Source: a virus
Taxonomy: Duplodnaviria > Caudoviricetes
Strand: one strand, 5' to 3'
IMG/VR virus record: IMGVR_UViG_3300013426_000017
Location: 1 to 64,000 of that record
DNA: 64,000 nucleotides
A model generated the notes under the pieces. The model was not told the DNA's origin, searched no databases, and worked only from the letters and a program-made list of their open reading frames with translations. The position numbers and the translations under genes were made by a program. Of this stretch, positions 46,121 through 54,728 are shown in pieces. Position 1 is the first letter of the stretch; each line of letters starts with the position of its first letter.

Positions 46121-46138
46121 TCGAAAGGATTTGATACT

Positions 46139-46342
46139 ATGAGAAATTACACCGAACGTATCCAGTGGTATAGAGACTATATGATAAAGAATGAGAATGC
46201 GGCTGATCGCCAGACTCGCAAATATGTCGATTATCTCAAAAGATGGTTTGGCGCCGGTTTTTGTGATGGTGTGCCTGACTTCGCCACGCGCATTAAGTGG
46301 AAATGTGAGCCGATGCCGATAAATATCTATTTGTATCAGTAA
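46139..46342 (+). CDS. Hypothetical protein
   Basis: RBS AAAGGA, 67 aa. Confidence 0.55.
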   Translation: MRNYTERIQWYRDYMIKNENAADRQTRKYVDYLKRWFGAGFCDGVPDFATRIKWKCEPMPINIYLYQ

Positions 46343-46352
46343 GGAGGATATT

Positions 46353-46583
46353 ATGGAACAATATATGATGTATTTTAAAGCAGAAATATACGATGAAGAT
46401 GCAAATTGTAAGCGCACCGAATGTGGTTTTATTCATGCAAAGACCATGAAAGATGCCGGCGGGTGGGCTGAAGCATGGTATGGTAATGAAATAATTAGTA
46501 TCTATTTCGAGCCACTGGATGAAAGCCCCATATTTACCACTGAGCGGGAAGCGACTGATATCATGGAGAGAATGGCATGGTAA
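46353..46583 (+). CDS. Hypothetical protein
   Basis: AGGAGG RBS, 76 aa. Confidence 0.6.
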   Translation: MEQYMMYFKAEIYDEDANCKRTECGFIHAKTMKDAGGWAEAWYGNEIISIYFEPLDESPIFTTEREATDIMERMAW

Positions 46584-47281
46584 CTGGACTGTATGATATA
46601 TTTAATGAGCGGTGGGGCGATCAGACTATCTGGCTGTTCTCAGATCCGCATTTTGGCGAGACTGAAGAAGAGTCAGGGCTAGTCCATAAGCCCACTGATA
46701 AGGAGCAGGTTCGTCTTATTAACTCAAAGGTCGGCCGCAAAGATACGATTATTTTCTTGGGCGATATAGGCGAACCTAGTTGGCTCAAGGATATTCGCGG
46801 CTACAAGGTTCTGATTACCGGCAATCATGACACAGGCAGGTCTAACTATCAGCGTCGGCAATTCCAGCGAACATTCGATGCTGAAGAGTGGACAAGGGAT
46901 GAAGTCTACATGGAAATGACGCAGAATTATCCTAACTACCGAGTCATCGTGGAAAAGGTCTACGATTTTCATGCGCCATTCACTAAGTGGGTGGCGACTA
47001 TGGACAATCAACTTTGCGACGAAGTATACCCTGGTCTTTTGATCATTGGGCCTAAACTCATTCTCTCTCATGAGCCAATAGAAATAGATGGTATGTTTTC
47101 TATTCACGGGCATATTCACAATCTCACGCCGCCGACTGATAAGGATTTGAATGTATGCTCTATGAATGTAAATTATACTCCTGTTAATCTAAATCAGCTC
47201 ATGAAGCGTGGACTCACATCTAAAGTAGACTCACTCCATCGCATTACTATTAATCATGCAGCAGAAAGGAAGAATAAATGA
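46577..47281 (+). CDS. Calcineurin-like metallophosphoesterase
   Basis: SDPHFG, LGD, GNHD, SH, HGHIH. Confidence 0.9.
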   Translation: MVTGLYDIFNERWGDQTIWLFSDPHFGETEEESGLVHKPTDKEQVRLINSKVGRKDTIIFLGDIGEPSWLKDIRGYKVLITGNHDTGRSNYQRRQFQRTFDAEEWTRDEVYMEMTQNYPNYRVIVEKVYDFHAPFTKWVATMDNQLCDEVYPGLLIIGPKLILSHEPIEIDGMFSIHGHIHNLTPPTDKDLNVCSMNVNYTPVNLNQLMKRGLTSKVDSLHRITINHAAERKNK

Positions 47282-47739
47282 ATTTACATAAATGCAAAAA
47301 TTGTGCTATGAAAGACCCCGATGTCAATAGTTGCAAGTTGACTAAGTGGGAAGTTAGGCCTGATACCGATAGTTGTCCTCAGTTTATTGATGCTAATCAT
47401 CTTGCAGTATGTGCTAGCTGTGGCGTCATGGGGCCTGAAAAGGCATTTATCTATCTGACTGATAAAGAAGTATTTGTATGCCCTCAGTGTCAGGCAGCAC
47501 TCGGCACTTGTAATGAATGTGACGAAGCTCAGGTCTGCGAGTATAAGACCAACGCCTCACCTCTCCCAAAGCTGATCCCGTGCCAAGTTCGCCAAGGTAA
47601 TATGATTATGACTACTCAGGCGCGCAATCCCGAGCGTGAGAAAATTACCTGCCAAGCAGGTTGTAAATGTTATGATAAAGAATACGGTTGCCAGCGCAAC
47701 GAGGGGTGTTGTGTCAATTACAATGAAAGGAGCGTGTGA
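47278..47739 (+). CDS. Cys-rich hypothetical protein
   Basis: Many CxxC motifs; coupled ORF. Confidence 0.65.
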   Translation: MNLHKCKNCAMKDPDVNSCKLTKWEVRPDTDSCPQFIDANHLAVCASCGVMGPEKAFIYLTDKEVFVCPQCQAALGTCNECDEAQVCEYKTNASPLPKLIPCQVRQGNMIMTTQARNPEREKITCQAGCKCYDKEYGCQRNEGCCVNYNERSV

Positions 47740-47945
47740 TAATGTCCCCCACTATTAGTCTACTGGTTCTGTGTGCTATACTACTGGTCACTTGGTGCGG
47801 CAGTATGATGTATATGTTTCACTATGGCAATTGGGAGAAAGTCGGCAAGATATTTACTTATATAGGTTGCGCTAGCGCAATCATTTGGTTTATTGTAAAT
47901 ATTGTTTCGGCTGTTCTCACAATTACCTTGACCTATGTGGCATAA
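47736..47945 (+). CDS. Small membrane protein
   Basis: Two hydrophobic helices. Confidence 0.55.
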   Translation: MIMSPTISLLVLCAILLVTWCGSMMYMFHYGNWEKVGKIFTYIGCASAIIWFIVNIVSAVLTITLTYVA

Positions 47946-48183
47946 GTTTATTATAAAATTCCCCATTTGATTTTTATTAAAAAATATTATATAATATTTA
48001 TAGAAAGTGAAAAGGGGAAATAAAAATGAAAATTTCAAATGAGGTGGCTATGAATGCTTGGGAGCGCCTGGATGCTGTCATTGACTCACTTGACTGGTCG
48101 GGTGTGTTTATTAATGACGAACTGGACATTGTAGAGCAGGCTATGAGCGTTCTTGAGCAATATATTATAGAAAGGAGTCGTTA

Positions 48184-48795
48184 ATGTTTCTAATAAGTTT
48201 CAAGTGCGGAAAATATAAGGGATTTCAGCTAATGTCGCAATCCATGTATGACAATTATTGCAACATAATAGATAAAGCACGCAAATATCTAGATCAGGGT
48301 CAGGGGAACTTTTCCCTCGATCCGGGAGATGGAACGAAGCCTATTACTATTAGCGGCTCCAAAGCCCTTGATAGTTGTTTTAGCGAGGAAGAGTTTTCAG
48401 CGAATGAGTGCTTGGCGACTATGGCACTTGTGGATTATAATATCCATGAGAGTTATGGATTTTTTCCATTGCATGAAATTCATGAAGTTGTTTGGGATTA
48501 TGATTTTGCACAAGCATCAATCCCTGACGAGTATGAAGAAGATTTGCTAGATCATGAGCTTGACATCCATCATATTTTATTTTGCGTAAACTGTCATCCT
48601 CGTTACTATAGTAAGGATTACTATGTGGCATTTACTCGTAATGAGACTGATGCAGAGCAGATAGAATATATTGATAGCAAGCTTGATGAATATATCCAAG
48701 AGGTAATTGATTCAGAATATAAGCATTATAATGCGCCGAAGTGGTTATCTGCTAAGAACATTGAATCCTCATGGCAGGAGATTATAAATGAATAA
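48184..48795 (+). CDS. Hypothetical protein
   Basis: RBS, 203 aa. Confidence 0.65.
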   Translation: MFLISFKCGKYKGFQLMSQSMYDNYCNIIDKARKYLDQGQGNFSLDPGDGTKPITISGSKALDSCFSEEEFSANECLATMALVDYNIHESYGFFPLHEIHEVVWDYDFAQASIPDEYEEDLLDHELDIHHILFCVNCHPRYYSKDYYVAFTRNETDAEQIEYIDSKLDEYIQEVIDSEYKHYNAPKWLSAKNIESSWQEIINE

Positions 48796-49888
48796 TTGTT
48801 GGCGATTTACTCAGGCGGATTGGCGTGCTATAATGGAGGATTTTCGCCAGAAGGCTCGCGATACTAATAATTATGACCGAATACGATTTTCAGAGTGGAA
48901 ATCGCTAATGACTGCCATTAATATAGAAATGAATTATGAAAAAGATACAGAGGATTTTTATATTAAATGCTTCGACGAGAATGGGGATTGTGTTGCGGTT
49001 TATTTATTTGGTGTTGATGAAACTACGGCATCTGGCAAACGGCAATTTGGTGACTATTTAGCCACATATATAGTTCATATTCCTGAGGAGGATGAGATAA
49101 GTTTGGCAATAAATTATGATACGGCTACTACTGCTGCTACTAATTATAATGGGCATACAAATACAGCTACCTGGAACCCTGGTGGTATGATAATTAATTC
49201 AAGCGATTTAACTACTAGTTATGCAATTAATGCATATGGTGTTATAGAAAATAAATCTGAAATCAAGGAAAATAAAACGATGGAGAACAAGATATTTAAT
49301 TTTGATTTTGGCCCGATCAAGGGAGATAGCGTTCGCATGTCTATGTATGGTCTTGCTATTAAAAACAAGGATGGCAACTATGTAGCATGGGACAAAGTTA
49401 ATGAGAATATTATGAATGTTGATATTCTTAATTTCAGTGGCGATGGCCTGATGTATAAGATGCCTGTGGCGATCAAGGATATTAAGGATGGCGATATTGT
49501 TATCCACAATAGGGTTCCTATGTTCGTTCTTGAGGTATTTGAGAAGTCGCTGGATGTCATTGATATCTATTCTGGCGAACGTAAGAGTATTATACCAGCC
49601 AAATCTCCTTTTAATTTTGATTTTTGTACAAAAATTATTTCTATTTTAGACACTGATTTGGTGGCCACTAGTTCTCCTTCCGAAGATAATCCTTTTGGTA
49701 GTCTGTGGATGCTTATGTTGCTTAGTGGTTCTATGGATAATGACTCAAATTTACTGCCTTTAATGTTAATGACAAATCGCGATTCAATTGACCCTATTAT
49801 GCTTATGTGCCTAATAAATAATAAAAATACTGACAATAATCTTCTGCCGCTCATGCTAATGATGAATGGGGGTAAATTCGGATGTTAA
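48788..49888 (+). CDS. Hypothetical protein with Met/Leu-rich C-terminal repeats
   Basis: NLLPLMLM repeats. Confidence 0.7.
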   Translation: MNNCWRFTQADWRAIMEDFRQKARDTNNYDRIRFSEWKSLMTAINIEMNYEKDTEDFYIKCFDENGDCVAVYLFGVDETTASGKRQFGDYLATYIVHIPEEDEISLAINYDTATTAATNYNGHTNTATWNPGGMIINSSDLTTSYAINAYGVIENKSEIKENKTMENKIFNFDFGPIKGDSVRMSMYGLAIKNKDGNYVAWDKVNENIMNVDILNFSGDGLMYKMPVAIKDIKDGDIVIHNRVPMFVLEVFEKSLDVIDIYSGERKSIIPAKSPFNFDFCTKIISILDTDLVATSSPSEDNPFGSLWMLMLLSGSMDNDSNLLPLMLMTNRDSIDPIMLMCLINNKNTDNNLLPLMLMMNGGKFGC

Positions 49889-50298
49889 TTACAATATTTT
49901 GTATAGTAGGCGCTATTCTATGTTTTATTATATCAGCTCATTGTCTAAATAGTAGGCATGAATGGTGTGATGCTATAGGTATAGTTTGTTTGTCTTTAGG
50001 CGCTCTTAGTATTATTGCAAGCATTGGATGCTGCATTGGAATAATTATAGCTCATGCTAATTCTGAGGGCCAATTGGCGGGCTATCAGGCAGAAAAAGAG
50101 ATACTTGAGTATCGTCTTGACCAAAAGGAGTATCTCAATGATAACAATATTGGTATGACCGAACTGATGGAGGATATTGCTGAGTATAATAGTAAGCTTG
50201 CAGAAGCTCAGCATGGTCTTCATAATCCTTGGACTAGTTGGTTCTATGCTGACTATGTTGAAGAACTCACGCCAATAGTTTTGGGCGATGTAGATTAA
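49882..50298 (+). CDS. Membrane protein
   Basis: Two TM helices plus coiled region. Confidence 0.65.
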   Translation: MLITIFCIVGAILCFIISAHCLNSRHEWCDAIGIVCLSLGALSIIASIGCCIGIIIAHANSEGQLAGYQAEKEILEYRLDQKEYLNDNNIGMTELMEDIAEYNSKLAEAQHGLHNPWTSWFYADYVEELTPIVLGDVD

Positions 50299-50369
50299 TT
50301 TTCCCTATTTGATTTTTATAAAAATATATGATATAATATATACATAAGAAATAAAGGAGTATATGTTAT

Positions 50370-50555
50370 ATGTATATTTGTCCTGAATGTAAACGAGAAT
50401 TTAATAGCGAGGAAGGCATTAGAAAACATTTCCTAGCGTGTTGGCGCGAACAACATCCTGGCCACAAGTCTAATGCCGCACCTCGCTCAGAAGATATCGT
50501 AACGCGCCAAGCCGATAATGATGTCTTTAACTTTTTCAGAGGTCTACAGCCATGA
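50370..50555 (+). CDS. C2H2-like Zn-finger protein
   Basis: YICPECKREF..H. Confidence 0.6.
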   Translation: MYICPECKREFNSEEGIRKHFLACWREQHPGHKSNAAPRSEDIVTRQADNDVFNFFRGLQP

Positions 50556-50911
50556 TTATTCAAGACACAGTAATGATTAAATCCCATTTGATAATTACTG
50601 ATATACATAGTGAGTATATTATCAAGTGGCAGGGTAGAATCATAGATACCAATCCAATACTCAAAAATGGTGCCCCTATATTCATTATTATAGGTAGCGA
50701 GAGTCGTATAGAATTGAACACTTGTGACATGAAGCAGATTGAGGAGACAGCCAAAAGAATTACTAGACCTAGAGGACGTGGCGCAGTCAGCACTGACACC
50801 GCACGAATCTATATTAAAGAGGTCGATGGCGCAGAAATCTACATAGGTAGTGTTATTCATAATAGTGTGAAAACATACGCGCCAATGTTCGATCCTGTTG
50901 GCTATAAATAA
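50552..50911 (+). CDS. Hypothetical protein
   Basis: ATGA overlap with upstream gene. Confidence 0.6.
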   Translation: MIIQDTVMIKSHLIITDIHSEYIIKWQGRIIDTNPILKNGAPIFIIIGSESRIELNTCDMKQIEETAKRITRPRGRGAVSTDTARIYIKEVDGAEIYIGSVIHNSVKTYAPMFDPVGYK

Positions 50912-51019
50912 AATTCTTAATTGACAAAATTAAAAATTTATAATATAATATATACATAAAGAAAAATGATTTTTTAATAATTATCCTCCTCTTGGGGCGC
51001 CAAGTAAAATACGCAATAT

Positions 51020-51104
51020 GCGCGAGTGATGGAATAGGTAGACAGCATTCTCTTAGAAAGAATGGCCAAAAGGCGTGTGGGTTCAAGTCCCACCTTGCGC
51101 ACCA
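51020..51104 (+). tRNA. tRNA-Leu(UAG)
   Basis: Cloverleaf, loop CTTAGAA, long variable arm, encoded CCA. Confidence 0.92.
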
Positions 51105-51362
51105 ATATTTGGGCAACGGTAGTCCATAACTGTGCAGCGAGGTTCGAGTCCTCAAGTTAATCTGGTTCGACTCCAGTAGCGCAAGGTGCAAAACAGCGGG
51201 TTGGTAAACCTCCTTTCGAGGAAAGCTTTCACTTAATTGACAAAATTAAATTTTTATTATATAATATATATATAATAAAGATTTATTTCCCTAATATGTT
51301 CTGTGTTTTTATTCCTTTCTTACAAGGCGTTGAGGGTCCGCCTCATAGACCCTCATGAATAT

Positions 51363-51449
51363 GGAGATGTGTTGTAACCGGTAGCCAAGTTGGTCTCAAA
51401 AACCAATGCGTTAATTCGCGTGTGGGTTCGAATCCCACCATCTCTACCA
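51363..51449 (+). tRNA. tRNA-Leu(CAA)
   Basis: Cloverleaf, loop CTCAAAA, CCA end. Confidence 0.92.
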
Positions 51450-51798
51450 CGGGTTCTCGGCCTTCTATCCACAAAGAGGGTTCCAAGAGGTCTAACGCGA
51501 GGGTATCTCTTGTAAATAATATATACTTCGCGAGGCTAGGAGTGGCGACCTACCTGCTATATAAATATCGCTTCGATCGAGCGCTTAGGCACGCGCTATA
51601 AAAGATATTGCTTTGACAACGGAGATGAGCGGTCTCACCTAGTGAATAGAACAAAAAGATGCCCGCCTAGAATGCATTCAGAGGTTAACCGATTTCCCTC
51701 AAGGAGTATGTCCTTAAAAAATCGGGCTAGCTTAAAAAACCATTTGACATTTTTAAAAAAATATTATATAATATTTATAGAAAGTGAGAAATGGAAAA

Positions 51799-51939
51799 AT
51801 GAACAAACGAATAAAGAAAAAGACTGGCGATGAGCTTCAAGACTTCTTGATGTGGCGCAATCGGGGATCGATAATCGCGCCAAAGAGAGGCAAAGGCTCA
51901 TTCAAAAGAAAAGCAAAACATAAAAATAAAGAATGTTAA
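51799..51939 (+). CDS. arfA: ArfA-like ribosome rescue factor (46 aa)
   Basis: PKRGKGSFKRKAKHK matches ArfA KKGKGSYxRKxKH; own promoter at 51744. Confidence 0.65.
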   Translation: MNKRIKKKTGDELQDFLMWRNRGSIIAPKRGKGSFKRKAKHKNKEC

Positions 51940-51943
51940 ATAT

Positions 51944-52023
51944 GGTGCCATCGACTAAAGGTTAGGTCCTCACCCTTTCAAGGTGAAAATGGTTTTTGGG
52001 TTCAAGTCCCCCTGGCATCACCA
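51944..52023 (+). tRNA. tRNA-Glu(UUC) with atypical T-stem
   Basis: Loop CTTTCAA, CCA end; TTTTT insertion in the T-stem 5' strand. Confidence 0.8.
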
Positions 52024-52199
52024 TGCGTATAGCGCAACTGACATAGAGGATGGATTTCCTTGTGGGTTCCTTAAACTACCACCAATCATTATTGAGTATG
52101 TGGCTTAGTCATTTGCAGTCAGTATAATAAATAAAAACGAAAGTAAAGCGAATCCTCATTTGATAAAAATAAAAAATTTTGTTATAATAATTATAGAAA

Positions 52200-52827
52200 T
52201 TGAACCTTGAAAAATAAACACTTGATAACTCAGTGCAGAATGGATGCGATGTCCATGCTGAGAAACATCGAAAAGCGCTCGGAGGTGCCCGAACGAAACA
52301 AGGATACTTGTGGAAACCTGACCGCGGTATGCAAGGCGACTTGTATGCTGAACACCATTTGTGTGGAAAGTAAAGATGTTGTGCTGGCGTTGTCGCATGT
52401 AAAGGATGCCGTGGACAGGGGTGTGCAATAGAAAGCTATCTTGACAAAAGATGGCCTCTCCTAGTTAGGGTGAAACGAGTGGTGTCGTCATTAAACCTAG
52501 GAAATACCAACAAACACCTGTGCCGTGATGTATCAGAAATGATACTATAACTGTCTACAAGCGAACGAGTAGCGGAAGGCAAAAGAATAATGAAGAAAAA
52601 GTATGATATTCTACTTGCGAAGAATAACAAGTAAATTCTGAATATCCCGTGAAAGTTAGAGGTAATCAATCCTCTAGGGGCTTGGGCTCGAAAGAGTGAG
52701 GGCAAAAAGTTTAGTTAAGACGTTAGCTAAGCTCAGATTTGTTTTCTCCCGTGTCTGAATATGCGTGAAGATATACGTTGCAGTAAGGCGAAGGCCTATC
52801 AATGAGTGTTTATTTTTCAAGGCTCAA
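52200..52827 (+). ncRNA. Large structured ncRNA, probably ROOL
   Basis: About 628 nt closed by a long terminal helix CCTTGAAAAATAAACACT/AGTGTTTATTTTTCAAGG; GAGTAGC, GTGAAAGT, GGTAATCAATCC motifs; own promoter; within tRNA cluster. Confidence 0.8.
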
Positions 52828-52974
52828 ACCTTGAGTAATTGGATGGAGGTATGATTATGAAAACTATGTTGAATAAATGTGCGTCCATGAGAAGTCCAGA
52901 TATTTCTGGCGATGAGACCTAACTCATCTAAATACAAGGCGTAATATGGCGTCGCGTAAGAACGCCATATATAT

Positions 52975-53048
52975 TGCTCGGTAGTGTAAAGGTAGCATAT
53001 CGGATTCATGCTCCGAAGATTTGGGTTCGATCCCCAACTGAGCAACCA
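52975..53048 (+). tRNA. tRNA-Met(CAU)
   Basis: Loop TTCATGC, U1-A72 pair, CCA end. Confidence 0.85.
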
Positions 53049-53243
53049 GCGCTTTGGGCGCCCAAGACCGCCGTTCGGGGAACCTAAAATGTATTGTGAA
53101 ATGGATTTAGGCTGGCGTAATATCCTACCCTTTCTATATATTTAGTAAATATATGGAACAAAAACTATTAATTGTGAGGAGTTTTTACACCTGAGCCAAG
53201 TAATTGGTTTTGTTTTTTACCTCACAATTTTTTATTTAGATAT

Positions 53244-53334
53244 GCCCGATTACCCAAGTGGTTGAAGGGGTCCGCTTGCTAAGCGGATAGGGGTCGTAAG
53301 ACCCGCCGAGATTCGAATTCTCGATCGGGCGCCA
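53244..53334 (+). tRNA. tRNA-Ser(GCU)
   Basis: Loop TTGCTAA, long variable arm, GCCA end. Confidence 0.9.
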
Positions 53335-53355
53335 TAAATCCAAAAGGAGAACAAA

Positions 53356-54387
53356 ATGGAAAAGAATTTATCTATTATAATTCCCGTATATAATGGTGAG
53401 AAATATATTGGAACCGCATTGAGTTCCCTCGTAGATGCAAAGAATTTTCTCAAGGAGGTCATTATTGGTTGTGACCACTGCACCGATGGAACCAAGAGTG
53501 TAGCTGAGAAATTTGCTGAGACATTACCTATTAAGATTGTTGACGTGGCGCTGGACCTGCCTAATGGCCCCGGCAACGCTAGACAAGCGGGTCTTGATGT
53601 GGCGACTGGCGAATGGGTTGGTTTTCTTGATGTTGATGATGTTATTCCTACTGGCACTGTGCAGGCTGTAGCGCATACTATAGACGAGGTTGAGAAGAAG
53701 GTTGCTGAAGCTAAGATTGAAATTCCTATGATTATTGGTAATTTCACTGAGCGTAATGGGCTCACTGGTGAGACTGGTTTTGTCCATAAGAATGATAGCA
53801 CTTGGGTGCATGGCAAGTGGTATAATCGTAAGTTCCTCGTTGATAAAAATATACGATTTGACACTGAGTTGTATACTCATGAGGATGTATATTTTAATAA
53901 TCTTGTAGTTTCTCATATCATCGGTTGCGGCGGCTCCTATTGCACCATGGATCAGAATACTTACTTTTGGAATCAAAACATAGGTTCCATGACTAGCTCC
54001 CCTCGCTATACCGAGGAAAATTTTGCAGATTACGCATTTAGTGTCATGGAAGCGGGCTTGGCGATGCGTGAAAAATACCCCGCCAAGAAGAGTGAGTATC
54101 TCAAGATATTGTTGAATAACTATTGTCTGATGTATTTGTATTATATGAATTTCTTGTATTATCATCCTGAAGATATTAATCCTGAGATTAAAAATATCAT
54201 GAATGATTATTATCAGAGAATTTGCAATACATATAACGCGAAGACTGGGGACATTTGGGCATATTATAAAAATATGGTTGCTCAGTATCCCGCCTGGAAG
54301 GAAAATGTGGCACGTTCCTATCGTCCATTCTTTGAGAAGTGGACATTGGAAGATTTCTTATTCGATAAGGTTTGGGTTGGTGATTAA
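53356..54387 (+). CDS. Glycosyltransferase family 2
   Basis: SIIIPVYN, DHCTD, ARQAGL, FLDVDD, HED. Confidence 0.9.
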   Translation: MEKNLSIIIPVYNGEKYIGTALSSLVDAKNFLKEVIIGCDHCTDGTKSVAEKFAETLPIKIVDVALDLPNGPGNARQAGLDVATGEWVGFLDVDDVIPTGTVQAVAHTIDEVEKKVAEAKIEIPMIIGNFTERNGLTGETGFVHKNDSTWVHGKWYNRKFLVDKNIRFDTELYTHEDVYFNNLVVSHIIGCGGSYCTMDQNTYFWNQNIGSMTSSPRYTEENFADYAFSVMEAGLAMREKYPAKKSEYLKILLNNYCLMYLYYMNFLYYHPEDINPEIKNIMNDYYQRICNTYNAKTGDIWAYYKNMVAQYPAWKENVARSYRPFFEKWTLEDFLFDKVWVGD

Positions 54388-54403
54388 TCATCAACCCTGA
54401 TAT

Positions 54404-54566
54404 CCGGGTGTAGCGCAGTTGGTAGCGCGCCTGATTTGGTAAAATGGCAGAATGGGATTGCTTGAGGGGTTCGCCTTGAGGTCAGTTGAATCTGTTGCAA
54501 GTTCGAATCTTGCTTTTACCACTAGGGTTCAGGAAGCCGGGGGTTCAAGTCCCTCCACTCGGACCA
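54404..54566 (+). tRNA. tRNA-Pro(UGG) interrupted in the anticodon by an 87-nt insert
   Basis: 54404-54437 plus 54525-54566 form a canonical tRNA-Pro with loop TTT/GGGT. Confidence 0.85.
54438..54524 (+). ncRNA. Nested tRNA-shaped insert without a normal anticodon loop
   Basis: GGTAAAA/TTTTACC stem, D-arm, variable arm, perfect T-arm GCAAGTTCGAATCTTGC, ACTA tail. Confidence 0.8.
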
Positions 54567-54569
54567 TAT

Positions 54570-54644
54570 AGCCTCGTCGTATAAAAGTGAGTATGCTGGG
54601 CTTTGAACCCAGAGGAGGTGGAGCGTTACCACCCGAGGCTGCCA
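54570..54644 (+). tRNA. tRNA-Gln(UUG) with non-canonical T-loop
   Basis: Loop CTTTGAA, AGCCTCG/CGAGGCT stem, GCCA end, T-loop AGCGTTA. Confidence 0.8.
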
Positions 54645-54695
54645 CTATAGCCTATATAGGGCTGTATACATTCATTTTTGTTCTCCAATTTCAAG

Positions 54696-54728
54696 AAATA
54701 GTGTGGTTAATCGCCACACTATTTTTTT
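54696..54728 (+). terminator. Terminator of the tRNA cluster
   Basis: ATAGTGTGG/CCACACTAT plus T7. Confidence 0.8.

Noticed and set aside
51020-51104. tRNA with TAG anticodon as amber suppressor
   Set aside because: UAG anticodon reads CUA (Leu); a suppressor needs CUA. No canonical CUA tRNA was found in this window.
50853-53045. ORFs 50853-51191, 51642-51833, 52156-52705, 52824-53045
   Set aside because: Overlap tRNAs, promoters or the large ncRNA; no credible RBS.
54438-54524. Insert as group I intron or attachment-site remnant
   Set aside because: Only 87 nt, no P7 core, no duplicated tRNA 3' end, no integrase nearby.
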